A DNA stretch of 63,944 bases, the filler included, from Thraustochytrium aureum (lineage: Eukaryota): NCBI GenBank assembly GCA_012862495.1. It is 8 parts of 4 records of this genome, joined end to end, with 100 filler letters (N's around TTAATTAATTAA, not from the genome) between each part and the next. Parts side by side here need not be neighbours in the genome. Positions count along the whole stretch, not along the records: positions 30,264 to 38,946 come from BLSG01000332.1; positions 39,047 to 43,996 come from BLSG01000332.1; positions 44,097 to 57,604 come from BLSG01000332.1; 5 more parts are not named here. One strand, 5' to 3'. Each line of letters starts with the position of its first letter. The first letter of the stretch is position 1. The notes beneath the pieces are model-generated. The model was given only the letters and a program-made list of their open reading frames with translations. It searched no databases and was not told the origin of the DNA. Positions 33,957 to 45,669 of the stretch are shown here, piece by piece. Both the position numbers and the translations under genes were made by a program.

Positions 33957-36179
33957 GGNNNNNNNNNNNNNNNNNNNNNNNNNNNNNNNNNNNNNNNNNN
34001 NNNNNNNNNNNNNNNNNNNNNNNNNNNNNNNNNNNNNNNNNNNNNNNNNNNNNNNNNNNNNNNNNNNNNNNNNNNNNNNNNNNNNNNNNNNNNNNNNNNN
34101 NNNNNNNNNNNNNNNNNNNNNNNNNNNNNNNNNNNNNNNNNNNNNNNNNNNNNNNNNNNNNNNNNNNNNNNNNNNNNNNNNNNNNNNNNNNNNNNNNNNN
34201 NNNNNNNNNNNNNNNNNNNNNNNNNNNNNNNNNNNNNNNNNNNNNNNNNNNNNNNNNNNNNNNNNNNNNNNNNNNNNNNNNNNNNNNNNNNNNNNNNNNN
34301 NNNNNNNNNNNNNNNNNNNNNNNNNNNNNNNNNNNNNNNNNNNNNNNNNNNNNNNNNNNNNNNNNNNNNNNNNNNNNNNNNNNNNNNNNNNNNNNNNNNN
34401 NNNNNNNNNNNNNNNNNNNNNNNNNNNNNNNNNNNNNNNNNNNNNNNNNNNNNNNNNNNNNNNNNNNNNNNNNNNNNNNNNNNNNNNNNNNNNNNNNNNN
34501 NNNNNNNNNNNNNNNNNNNNNNNNNNNNNNNNNNNNNNNNNNNNNNNNNNNNNNNNNNNNNNNNNNNNNNNNNNNNNNNNNNNNNNNNNNNNNNNNNNNN
34601 NNNNNNNNNNNNNNNNNNNNNNNNNNNNNNNNNNNNNNNNNNNNNNNNNNNNNNNNNNNNNNNNNNNNNNNNNNNNNNNNNNNNNNNNNNNNNNNNNNNN
34701 NNNNNNNNNNNNNNNNNNNNNNNNNNNNNNNNNNNNNNNNNNNNNNNNNNNNNNNNNNNNNNNNNNNNNNNNNNNNNNNNNNNNNNNNNNNNNNNNNNNN
34801 NNNNNNNNNNNNNNNNNNNNNNNNNNNNNNNNNNNNNNNNNNNNNNNNNNNNNNNNNNNNNNNNNNNNNNNNNNNNNNNNNNNNNNNNNNNNNNNNNNNN
34901 NNGTGCCCCCTTGCCGGCCTATTAATTACTCCGAGCGAGAGGCGTCGCCGCTTTCTGGACCCGCCCCGTCCCACCACATCCGCCGCGCTAATTCCCCGAC
35001 GAGGCGCCTTGGCGCCTCCGGAGAATCTATTCCCCCGGCCCACCTTCCTCCGCCCCACCGGCAAAACCCACCACCGCCCCAAGAGCCCCTCTTCCCCCCT
35101 CGATGTTTCCCCGACGACCCGCAGAAGGCCGGCCAGCGCAGCGGAAACGAGACCGGCTGAGTCGGACAGAAGAGGGGCTGGGGCGGGGTGAGTGGAGTGC
35201 GAGTGGAGTGCGCGTGCACTCGTGCGTGCCTTGGAGGATGCGTCCGTCCGTCCGTGCGTGCGGCCGAGCGAGCGAGCGAGCGCGCGAGCGAGCGAGTGAG
35301 TGAGCGAGGCACGCGTGGCGGCGTTCTTCTGCGGGCGGCGAAAGAGCAGCTTGACAACGCCGTTCAATTGAGATCAACGATCATCGATCGATGGGTCGAT
35401 CGATCGATCGATCGTGATGAACGATTGTCGCCGGTTTGGCAGGCTCCTTGCCACCTCTGCGTCTGTAGACATACTTCTTCTTCTGTTCTGATTCTGGTAC
35501 TTCCAGCAAGCTTGAGCTTGCATCAGTGCCGTAGCGACGACCCGAAGAGCGAGGTTCGAGTCAACGCACGCGCGGACCTGCGCGTTGACATGGTCTTACG
35601 CGCGCGCGAACTGCTGCAGCTGTAGAGCACTCACTGTCTGTACCTCCGACTCTTGCGGACCTGGCCTGCTGCTGGGCCCAACGAGCGAAGCAAGCGTCGA
35701 GCGCGCCCTCCACGCCAGTCTCCTGCGCGCGGACTTGGCCTCGGTCGGGTCGCTCGCGGGCGTCTACGTCCGGTCTGGCGCTGCCCTGCGCGGCGCTCCA
35801 GGAGCCGCGAGCTGCGCGGCGGCTCGGAAGCGGACCTGGAGACCACGGGCTTGCGGGGTCTGCCGCGCGAGCGCACTGCGCTTGCCCTCGGCCTGCGCGC
35901 CACAAGCCGGCGGCGTGCACGAGGCCCTCACTGGCCCGCGTGCCCCGTAGCCTGCGCTAGCGTGNNNNNNNNNNNNNNNNNNNNNNNNNNNNNNNNNNNN
36001 NNNNNNNNNNNNNNNNNNNNNNNNNNNNNNNNNNNNNNNNNNNNNNNNNNNNNNNNNNNNNNNNNNNNNNNNNNNNNNNNNNNNNNNNNNNNNNNNNNNN
36101 NNNNNNNNNNNNNNNNNNNNNNNNNNNNNNNNNNNNNNNNNNNNNNNNNNNNNNNNNNNNNNNNNNNNNNNNNNNNNNN

Positions 36180-36753
36180 CGAGTGCACGCTGCCAGGCGG
36201 CTGCGGCGGCGTGCTCGACACCTCATGGAGCGGGCCCTCCGGGTGCGAGCCAGTCCGCTTCTGCTACTACAGCGTAAACAAGTGCCGCGCGCAGCTCGAC
36301 CTCTCCTCCGACGGCAGCTGCTACGAGGACGGCGACAAGACGGGCAAGTGCGCCCCAGCCGAATACTGCGAGCCCAGCTCGGCCGCGCCAACAAACCTCT
36401 TGCTTTTCTTCGACTCGCACTGCGTGCTCAAAGCCGGCGTCACAAAGTACCCCACGGCCTCGCCAATTGTGCGACCGCCCAACGCCATCGCAGCCCCGTC
36501 ACCTGATGTCGACACGACCGAAGAACCCGCGCCGAGCGAAACCTTCTCGGTCGTGCCCGTGCTTGCCGGGGTCGGCGCAGCGGTGGCTCTCGGCATGATG
36601 GCCGGATTCGTCTACTTTCGGCGCTGGAGCGTCAAGCAAGACCATGTCGTTATTTCCGAGGCGCTGCAGATGCGATCCGCGCGGGCAAAGGACAGCCCCA
36701 CGCTTCCGCCAGTCGTGCCAATGGACCTGGACGATGAAATTCCTGAGTTTTGA
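36180..36753 (+). CDS. Cys-rich type I membrane protein, C-terminal part (N-terminus upstream of gap 35965-36179)
   Basis: Nine Cys in about 80 aa, PTASP/Pro linker, TM VVPVLAGVGAAVALGMMAGFVYF-RR, acidic tail. Confidence 0.65.
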
Positions 36754-37025
36754 TTGAATCCCGATCCCCCAGTGCGCTGATCCCCCAAGGCAAACCCTGC
36801 TCCTCGCAAGACCTGAACGTTGAACAATAATAACATAAATAGAGACAAGTGGTACGCGCACGCGCGCCTACCCCTGACAGTACGCGCCCGCTCTCTTCCC
36901 GCCTACCCCTAACAGCACGCGCCCGCTCGCTCTCTTCCGGCGTGCGCTCCCCGTCCTTGGTCGCACAGGCGCTCGCCACGGAGCCGAGCGAGCCCCAAGC
37001 GCATCCGATGCACGGGGCTGCCGAC

Positions 37026-38946
37026 TCACGTCCGCACTTTGGCGCCATGAACGTCCCTGGCCCAGGCCTCGTACGCTGCGCGCTGAAGGGCCCAGCCCTT
37101 GCTGAGGCCGTCACGCGGGCTCGGGACAGTCCAGCAGAGCGCGTCGGCCGAGTCAGGGATCCGAAGCTGAAGCCCCGACCCGATCGTGAGCGTCGCAATG
37201 TCCAACTGGGCCACGATCGAGCCCGCCCCCCGCAGTACCACCCGGAACGCCGACGCGACTTGTAGCCGCTTGGAGGCCCGGCCTCCGAGCGGAGCGACCG
37301 CTGAAGCGGGCTTGAGCGCTCCCAGCAGCAGGCCATCCGAAAAGAGCCACACCAGGTGCGCTCGCTTGCCAACGTACATGGCGCCAAACCGCTTCAGCTC
37401 GGCGCGCAGCGCCCACGCCGCGTCCGCAGAGGCCAGCGTGCCGTCCCGCGCCAACGCTGCCGCAACCTGTAGCCCCGAGGCGAGAGCGCGGCAGTCCACC
37501 CAATGCATTAAAAACGCTTGTGATCGCGCGGCGGCGCCGACCGCGCCAGCCAGGTCAGATCGCCTGCTATTCATGCCCCCAGGGTGCATCAGGACGCGCG
37601 CCAGCTCGCTCGGGTATTGGATCGCGCGTTCAAGAGGGAAGCGCAGCATGTCGCCGAGGTCCAAGCTCCCAAACATGCTGCACTGATGCACCAGGCCTTC
37701 GACGCGCCCGGAGAGAGCCTCGCGATCGCCATGCGCGCAGAGTCGTGCGACTACCTGCGCTGCAACACGAAACCAAGGCGGCGCAAACCAATTTGCCAGA
37801 TCAGTCAGCCCCCCGGCAAACTCGACGCCGGCCCCGTCGCGGCGGCCAGCGGCGGCCCACACGACGGCAAGGCCCTCCAGGTACCCGACGCAATATCCCC
37901 GAAAAAGGCGCGACAAGCAGGCGACCCAGATCAGGACGTCGCACAAGGCGTCGCTCGCGTCTTCCTTGACCGTCGCCTCCTCCAGCTCGCCGAGAACGTG
38001 CTCGCTGAGCTGCCGCAGCTGCACCACGCCGAGGCACAGCGTCAACAGGCCGCTCGCGCGAACGCTCTGTTCGATCTGGCCTGAGCCGCTCCCGCCACCG
38101 ATGCCGCCACCGATGCCGCCGCCGATGCCGCCATATGCGGTCCGGACAACGGGTGCAACGAAAGTGGCTTCCAGGCAAGCCAGGCAAGCCAGGTGCTTGC
38201 GCTCCGAGACCACGAGGTGCTCGGCGACTCGAGCCGGGGACTGGCTGTCGTCTCCAGGCGCTTGGCGTGGCGCCCGCTCGCCGAATGCAAAGTCGACCGT
38301 CTCGAGCGCCGAGCAAGGCTTGCTCGCGAGCGGAAACGGGACGGACGCGCTCTTGCGCACCGCGTCCTCCATCCGCGACGCCGTCTCCTTGACTCGTCCC
38401 ATCACCTCAACGAGAATGTCCAGCTCGCGCCCGAGCCACGAGCCTTCCTTGCCGCTGGCCGCTCGAAACTCCTCCACGATCTGCTCCAGCAGCAGCTCGT
38501 ACCGCGGCACGCGTTGGATCGGCAGGATCATGTACCCGCTCAGCGTCGAGGGAAGTTGCGCGCTCGCCGCCGCCGCCGCAAGCGCCGCTGTTGGCGCGAT
38601 CGGCAGGCCCTGCTCGTCGTCGCAGAGCCCGATCCGCCCCGGGCCAGGCTTGCCAGCCAACCTGGCCCGCTCCAGGTCGACCAGCCTGCGCCACTCGTCC
38701 TGGAACTCACGGTCGGCGCTCAGGGCGTCGAGCTCGGGCTTGGCCAGCGCGAAAAACAACGCGTACTGCTCGTAGAGGAACATCATGCCGGCCATTCTGC
38801 GGAGAACGGCGCCCACTCGGTCGCCGCCCGTCTCGCGTACCGCCTGGCCGAGGCAGGACACCAGCGCCTCGCTCAAGGCGGCCAGCTGCTGCAGCGTCGC
38901 CCTCGCGCATTGTAGCTCGGCCCAGGCCGACGTCCTCGACGGCCCC
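37026..38946 (-). CDS. Dbl-family RhoGEF with two DH-like domains and a PH domain; 5' end at spacer
   Basis: LSGYMILPIQRVPRYELLLEQI (DH CR3). Second DH VAEHLVVSERKHL...F..P and LGDMLRFPLERAIQYP. PH VWLFSDGLLL. Confidence 0.8.
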
Positions 38947-39046
38947 NNNNNNNNNNNNNNNNNNNNNNNNNNNNNNNNNNNNNNNNNNNNTTAATTAATT
39001 AANNNNNNNNNNNNNNNNNNNNNNNNNNNNNNNNNNNNNNNNNNNN
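38947..39046. other. Artificial 100-bp assembly spacer
   Basis: 44N-TTAATTAATTAA-44N. Confidence 0.97.
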
Positions 39047-39702
39047 TGCGGCGGTGGGACGCGGTCGAGCTCGGCGCGGCGCCGCATGTCGTTGAGCGTC
39101 TTGATCGAGTTGTGCTCGCTGAGAAACTCCATGGGGTCGCGGGAGCCGCAGACCGAGGGCAGAAACGGCACAAAGAGGTCGTAGCTGTCCATCTTGAAAA
39201 CAGGTGTCCTGGTGACCGAGCAGAGCAGCGCCAGGAGCTGGCCAAGCATCGTGATCAAAGCGACCAGGGTGTCGTCAGAGCACTGCGCGTGTGTCGAAAC
39301 CACGACGTGGATGAGGTCCTGCGCCATGAACACGGCCACCTCGCTCCGCTGGCCGTCGTCCATGGGCGCGCCGAGGTCGAACGAGCGGAGGTCTTCTGTG
39401 CAAAACTTGAATGGCAGCGGAGGAGCAACCATGTCGCGCAGCGACTGCTTGAGAAAACTCGCAATCGCGTTGGCGCACTCGCATTTGCCCTTGGACGGTG
39501 CTGTGCTCTTCACAAAGTCGCGAAGGTTGTCGATCGGGCTGGCGCTCGTGTTGGACATTGCCTTTTTCAGACCAGTCCGCGTCGAGTCGCCCGCGGGGAC
39601 GCGAAACAGCCCCGCCTGGGCCTGCTCCAGGTCCTCTTTGTTGTACACAAACGTTCCCAGCCATAGGATACAGGCCGACGCTTGGTGGATGCGCTGCACC
39701 TC
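39047..39702 (-). CDS. RhoGAP domain, internal gene fragment
   Basis: GLFRVP (arginine finger), IASFLKQSLRDMVAPPLPF, KMDSYDLFVPFLPSV; open reading frame into the spacer. Confidence 0.72.
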
Positions 39703-40614
39703 GCGTCCAGGCCCTGCGTATCCGCGCGGGCGCCCGCCATGCCGCGCGCCGCGACCCGCCGTCCGCCCCCTGCCCAGGCAGCTGCTCTACTCGAGCCTGT
39801 GGCTCNNNNNNNNNNNNNNNNNNNNNNNNNNNNNNNNNNNNNNNNNNNNNNNNNNNNNNNNNNNNNNNNNNNNNNNNNNNNNNNNNNNNNNNNNNNNNNN
39901 NNNNNNNNNNNNNNNNNNNNNNNNNNNNNNNNNNNNNNNNNNNNNNNNNNNNNNNNNNNNNNNNNNNNNNNNNNNNNNNNNNNNNNNNNNNNNNNNNNNN
40001 NNNNNNNNNNNNNNNNNNNNNNNNNNNNNNNNNNNNNNNNNNNNNNNNNNNNNNNNNNNNNNNNNNNNNNNNNNNNNNNNNNNNNNNNNNNNNNNNNNNN
40101 NNNNNNNNNNNNNNNNNNNNNNNNNNNNNNNNNNNNNNNNNNNNNNNNNNNNNNNNNNNNNNNNNNNNNNNNNNNNNNNNNNNNNNNNNNNNNNNNNNNN
40201 NNNNNNNNNNNNNNNNNNNNNNNNNNNNNNNNNNNNNNNNNNNNNNNNNNNNNNNNNNNNNNNNNNNNNNNNNNNNNNNNNNNNNNNNNNNNNNNNNNNN
40301 NNNNNNNNNNNNNNNNNNNNNNNNNNNNNNNNNNNNNNNNNNNNNNNNNNNNNNNNNNNNNNNNNNNNNNNNNNNNNNNNNNNNNNNNNNNNNNNNNNNN
40401 NNNNNNNNNNNNNNNNNNNNNNNNNNNNNNNNNNNNNNNNNNNNNNNNNNNNNNNNNNNNNNNNNNNNNNNNNNNNNNNNNNNNNNNNNNNNNNNNNNNN
40501 NNNNNNNNNNNNNNNNNNNNNNNNNNNNNNNNNNNNNNNNNNNNNNNNNNNNNNNNNNNNNNNNNNNNNNNNNNNNNNNNNNNNNNNNNNNNNNNNNNNN
40601 NNNNNNNNNNNNNN

Positions 40615-41080
40615 CCAGTCGCACCTCAACACGTCTGCAGTGCCGTCCTGTCGCTCTTTGGCGCACCAGCAATCCAGCAGCAGTGTATGCACTTGGTGGA
40701 TGTGCGAGACTGTGCACGGGCGCACGTTGCGGCTGCTGTCGCCAACGACGATTGGGACGGCTGGGGCTTGCGATTCCTCCTCGTGGGCGAGTCGGTTTTG
40801 CAGGCAAAGGTGGTGGGCGCGCTGGCCGCCTCCGCTGTGGTTCCCCGAGGACATGCGCGCCACACTGCCGGTCGAGACCAGCGAGGCGCTTCCGCCTGCT
40901 GTGAACGGCGCGCCGCCGCCACACGAGACAAAGTTTGATGTCTCTCGAGCGCGCGATGCCTTTGGTCCGTTCAGGGGGCTCTCTGAGATGCTGGACGCGA
41001 CGATCGAGTCCCTGTTGGCGAACGGGTTTAACTCTGCAAAGCTGTACACGCTGGACAAGGACGACTCGGCCTCTAGCTAG
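40615..41080 (+). CDS. Extended SDR (NAD-dependent epimerase / dihydroflavonol reductase / GRE2-like), C-terminal fragment with indels
   Basis: HLNTS, then MHLVDVRDCARAHVAA in another frame, then FDVSRA...FRGLSEMLDATIESLLANG*. Confidence 0.78.
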
Positions 41081-41271
41081 TCGGCGATGGCGAGAGGCGG
41101 GCCGCGACGGATTCGCTGTTTGCGGTTCGACGAACGCAATCGGCCCACGCTGGCTCTAGCTAGCTCTTTACGAAAGAGCTCTCTCTGCGCTAGCTAGCCA
41201 GCTCTAGTCGAGAGAACGCAACGCAACACATCGACTCTTTTAATTTTTATTGAAGCGCGGCCCGAGCAGCG

Positions 41272-42801
41272 CTAAAGAGGTACGTCTTTGGCGGCAAGCG
41301 AGGTGGCGTCGTCCAAGCTGGCGTTTGCCGCGTCGTACTCTTGCCGCATGTACTTGTACCTGTCACGAATCAAGGCCGTCGGCAAGCAGCCGATCACCAT
41401 GACCGCAGCACCGATCCAAAACGTGTTGAGGGCGCCGCCGACGCGCTCGGGCGGGATCGCGGCAATGAACACAAGCGAACTGAGGTTGATCACGATTCGG
41501 TCCGCGCCCACGATGTAGCCCTCGAGGTTTGTGTGGTGGGAAAACACATACTCGAGCTTGCACTCGTACACAGCGGTCTGCCAAGCCACGTAGGCGCCAA
41601 CAGCGAGAATGACCATGCCCAAAAACACCCAGGCCCCCGCCATGGTGCCCGAGGCAAAGGCAAAGGTCGCGAAAAGCCAGAACACCGTGCCGATCGCATA
41701 GCCGGCCATCGTGAACGTCCAGTACGCCCGCGTCTTGTCGAGGTAGTGCGCCACGATGATCGCCACAGGGATGGCGAGCCCAACGCCTGCAATGCTGGCG
41801 AGGTAGTTGTACTCTGATATCTCGGCCGGGAAGATGCGCGAGAGCGTGGCCGTCAGGACGAGCGGGGGGCCGCTCACCACAAAGTCGGACAGCGCGAGCT
41901 TGGCGAACCGCTGGTTGCTGAACATCATCTTGAGCCCCTTGATGAGCCCCACAAAGTCCTTCTCCCCGGCGCTGCGCGACGGCGGCGTGGGGGGCAAGTC
42001 GCGAACCGACACGGCCGTGAAAATGAAGATGAGCGTGGGCAGCACGGCCATTGCGAGGTTGAGAAACTCGATGTCGACTGGGAGGTAGCAGCAAAAGCTG
42101 TCTTTGGCCAATCGGATGTCGCCAACGCAATCCGCCAGCGTGCCGTTCTCTGCGGCCTCCTGGAACGCGGTCACCATGAACGGCTCCAGGTCCTCCACAT
42201 CGCACGACTTGAGGGTCAGGTCGAGCACCTCGTTGTCGGCGGTCGCAAACATGGGCGAGACGACGAGGGCGGCGCCGACGCCGAGGACGTTGACAAGGCT
42301 TCCGAGCGCAGTGGCCTTGGCGCGCTCCTCGGGCGGGTACCACCTGTTGGAAATGGCCAGCAGTGCAGAGGACACCATCGGGCCGAAGAGACTTGCGATA
42401 GTTCTGGAGATGAGAACGAGGACCATACTCGTGCCTGCCGCGTACCAGATCCAGTTGCTGAGCGCGATGGAGAAGCTGCCGAGGATCATCACCTTGAGGC
42501 CCCAGCGGTCCACCGCGTAGGCGCCGAGGATGTAGGTGAACAGCAGGACAAAGTTGTCGATGACCGTCCACGAGTCGATGCCAAACTCGGGCGGCCCGCG
42601 CAGCTCGTTCGACGTGTTGTGGTACTGCGCGTACGACGGGACGATCGAGATCGCCCTCGCGCTCGACAGGTTCCATCCGAACATGCTCAGCGCGTAGCTC
42701 GCGAGCACAAAGTGCCGCCGCACATACTTGACTGCGACAAACGGTTCGTCGCCTTTCCCGGCGCCAGCCTCATCGTCCGTTGCCACACGCGCAGGCGCCA
42801 T
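41272..42801 (-). CDS. MFS transporter, FLVCR/SLC49-like
   Basis: About 12 TM; DRWGLK motif A; SNRWYPPEERAKATALG; PPTPPSRSA loop typical of SLC49. Confidence 0.85.
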   Translation of the reverse strand: MAPARVATDDEAGAGKGDEPFVAVKYVRRHFVLASYALSMFGWNLSSARAISIVPSYAQYHNTSNELRGPPEFGIDSWTVIDNFVLLFTYILGAYAVDRWGLKVMILGSFSIALSNWIWYAAGTSMVLVLISRTIASLFGPMVSSALLAISNRWYPPEERAKATALGSLVNVLGVGAALVVSPMFATADNEVLDLTLKSCDVEDLEPFMVTAFQEAAENGTLADCVGDIRLAKDSFCCYLPVDIEFLNLAMAVLPTLIFIFTAVSVRDLPPTPPSRSAGEKDFVGLIKGLKMMFSNQRFAKLALSDFVVSGPPLVLTATLSRIFPAEISEYNYLASIAGVGLAIPVAIIVAHYLDKTRAYWTFTMAGYAIGTVFWLFATFAFASGTMAGAWVFLGMVILAVGAYVAWQTAVYECKLEYVFSHHTNLEGYIVGADRIVINLSSLVFIAAIPPERVGGALNTFWIGAAVMVIGCLPTALIRDRYKYMRQEYDAANASLDDATSLAAKDVPL

Positions 42802-43996
42802 GGCGCTCGTACACCACGCGGCCGTGCTCGCTTGCAAATCGATCGGCGCAGTCTGCTCGCCGCTCGCTCGCGCAGATCAGGGTCTGCCTCATGCACATCA
42901 CATGCCGAGTCCAAGGCCGCCGGCCTTGACCTCGTGCACTCATTCATCAGCCTCGCTCGTGCAGCAAAACCCCGCAAACACACCAGGTAAACCTGGAGTG
43001 GCATCGTGAGAAGGTAGGCAGAGTCAACCAACTCGTTGGCCAGTTTGCCGCCTCTGATGACCCAGGCCAGCTCCTCGTGTCGATGTTGTGCTTGGGAAGG
43101 TACAGGGGCAAGGAGTTAGGGGGTGGGTTGGGACGCCGAGAGGCAGCACATCGCAGGGCTTGAAGCCGCTGCCACGAGCCGGTTCAAGTTCAACGACTCT
43201 CGCTCTGAAATGGACCGGTTGACTCACGAGGAGTCCTGGAGGACTCTGCTCTCGGTATGAAGAGTGCGAGTTCTTGCACCTCACACAAACCAAACCGACA
43301 ACAGAACAACAAGCCTTGCCTGCGGCAGCGCGCTGCGACCTGTTGTACGGCAAACGAGACACCTCCCAGGGCCATGATGTCAGCAGCAGATCCTTGGCAG
43401 CACAGCCACAAGGGCAGGCCGCTCGTGCAGGAGGAAGGGCGGCCTGCAGGGTGTGCGGCGATTCGCTACCTGCCAGCTCACTGCTGCTTGGAGGGGCTGG
43501 CAGGCTGCGCAGGCTGCTTTGCCAGCTCTTTCTTTCTTTCTCTCTGTCTTTCTTTCGTGCACTCCGATGTTTTGGCTCGGCCGATGGTGTGAAGTGCCGG
43601 TGGAAGTGTGGCTCGAGGAAGAAGGCCGGCTGTGATGAGCTCGTGAGCGCTTGCTAGAGGTGCCCTGCCCTCAGCGAGTGCGCCTGAACATCGAGCCCAA
43701 GGACTGCTCGCGGCTCTGTGTGTTTGCTCGAGGAAAGCGAAAGGCGAGCGCCAATCGCGACAGTGTGCACGGTGGCTTGCACATTGCACACGGACGTACT
43801 CGCGTTACTAACACGGTTTCTAACGGTGTAGCTAACGCCGTGGCTGGCGCCGGCCGCGCCCGCGAGGGCTGCCGCCGGCTGTAAGTAACCGTGCTGCGGA
43901 GCGCCACGGTGTCACTTACCCCGCACCTTGCCCGCTGCGCGCGGTGTAATTTACGAGGTGAGTAACGAGGTGAATAACAAAGTCGGCTTCAACGGC

Positions 43997-44096
43997 NNNN
44001 NNNNNNNNNNNNNNNNNNNNNNNNNNNNNNNNNNNNNNNNTTAATTAATTAANNNNNNNNNNNNNNNNNNNNNNNNNNNNNNNNNNNNNNNNNNNN
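43997..44096. other. Artificial 100-bp assembly spacer
   Basis: 44N-TTAATTAATTAA-44N. Confidence 0.97.
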
Positions 44097-44280
44097 CAGG
44101 CCGCCTGGCGCGGGACCCTTTCGCGCCAGCAAACCAAGTGCCGCATGGAAGCCGCGCTTCCGGTTAGCACGTTGTCGGAGCGCCATCAAGGCGCCCTGCA
44201 CCCAGGGTTTGCAGAGTCCTGGGCCGCTCCGCCAGCCACCGTGGACTCGCGCGCGCACGGCAGTGGACTTGCCGCACACC

Positions 44281-45658
44281 ATGCCCCTGTCAGCTCGCGC
44301 CCCAGCAGTTACCTCTGGCACGAGGAGGCCGCCCTCCGTCGCGTTCTACAAGTCGAGGAGCTCGCGCGCTCGCCAACGCCAACCGACGGCCAGCGCGCAG
44401 GACCCCGAGCCCCCAGGACTCCCGGGGCGCTCCGCACCCGGGTCCGTCTCGGGCCAATTTGAGACCACCCATGACGCGATGTCCACCTCGGTTTCTGGGT
44501 CGTCTTCCAGCGCCTCGGAGGGCTCGAGGCACGACTACGAGCTCGGGAACGCCGACCGCAACATGTTGCTGCACCTTTTTCAAACGCTCAAGGGCGGAAA
44601 CGGGCAGCTTGGCAGCGCCCAAACGTGCGTCCACGCGCTCGTCTCTGCCCTGCGGCGCTGTCGGTCGCAAGTGCAAAAGACAGAGTTTGACATGCTTTTG
44701 GACCGAGTCATCAAGGGCCTACTGCGCCTCAAGCGAGTCAAGCCGTACGACCCGCTCAGTCCATCCGACTTTGTTGCGCTCGTGAGGCGCGAAATGGCGA
44801 CCCCCGGGTCCATGCTCGGTGACGACATCTTGGAGGTCGCCTACAGACTCGAAGCCATGTCTTCAAACGGCCTGGTCCTCCTCAGCAGCGCTGGGGTCGG
44901 GGCGCCTGGGGCGCATCAGGGCCTCTACCCTGGGCGGCCCGACCCGCCGCGGGGCCAACAAGACGGATGACATGCCGCACGATGCAGCAGCTTTCGAGCC
45001 AGTAGCGAATGCGGGCGGCGCCGGGCTTACTGTTCACGAGGTCCGCCTTGTCAGCAGGCTTTTCGACGACCTTTGCCAAGGAGGAGACATGTCTGCTGGT
45101 CTTCCATGTCGGGACGGCGAGGCCGACGCCAGGTCGTTTGTCGCGCGCCTCGAGGCCTTGGGCGGCCTCCACGGCCAGGCATCCGCCACGCTGTACGAGT
45201 TTGCTCAGCGCGCAACGGCGACGCCTGGCAAGATCCACGTTTCCGATTTCGTTCGCTGCATCCAGCTCAACGCGCAGCGAGCAGGTCACTCGCAGGCCTC
45301 GGCGCAGCTCGTGGACGCGGTCTTGCAGCTTGCGCACGCGCTCGACGAGCGGGCCAAGCACCGCCAGGCGACCGAGCTGGCCGGTCAAGCCCGTCGTCCG
45401 GCGGCCCCCGACTTGCGGCGGGGGGCGCGGCCGGATCCTCAGGTCGGGCAGCAACCCGGGCCCGGGCACAAGCGAGAGCAAAGTGAGCGCCCTGAAACGC
45501 TAGAGGCGCCCGAGCCCGCTGGCGACCGGCGCAAGCAGCAGCAGCGGCGTGGGTCGGGTCGGTTCCGGAGCGTCTCGGACACCTCGTTCTCGCCGCTAAC
45601 GAGCTTGAAGGGCGAGGCGCGGCGGCGCGCGCGCGTCTACCTCGACGCTGCGCCCTGA
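44281..45658 (+). CDS. Hypothetical protein with two internally similar, degenerate EF-hand-like helical modules; indel near 44885
   Basis: LGNADRNMLLHLFQTL..LSPSDFVALVR vs LTVHEVRLVSRLFDDL..IHVSDFVRCIQ. Confidence 0.55.
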
Positions 45659-45669
45659 CCGCGCCCCAA

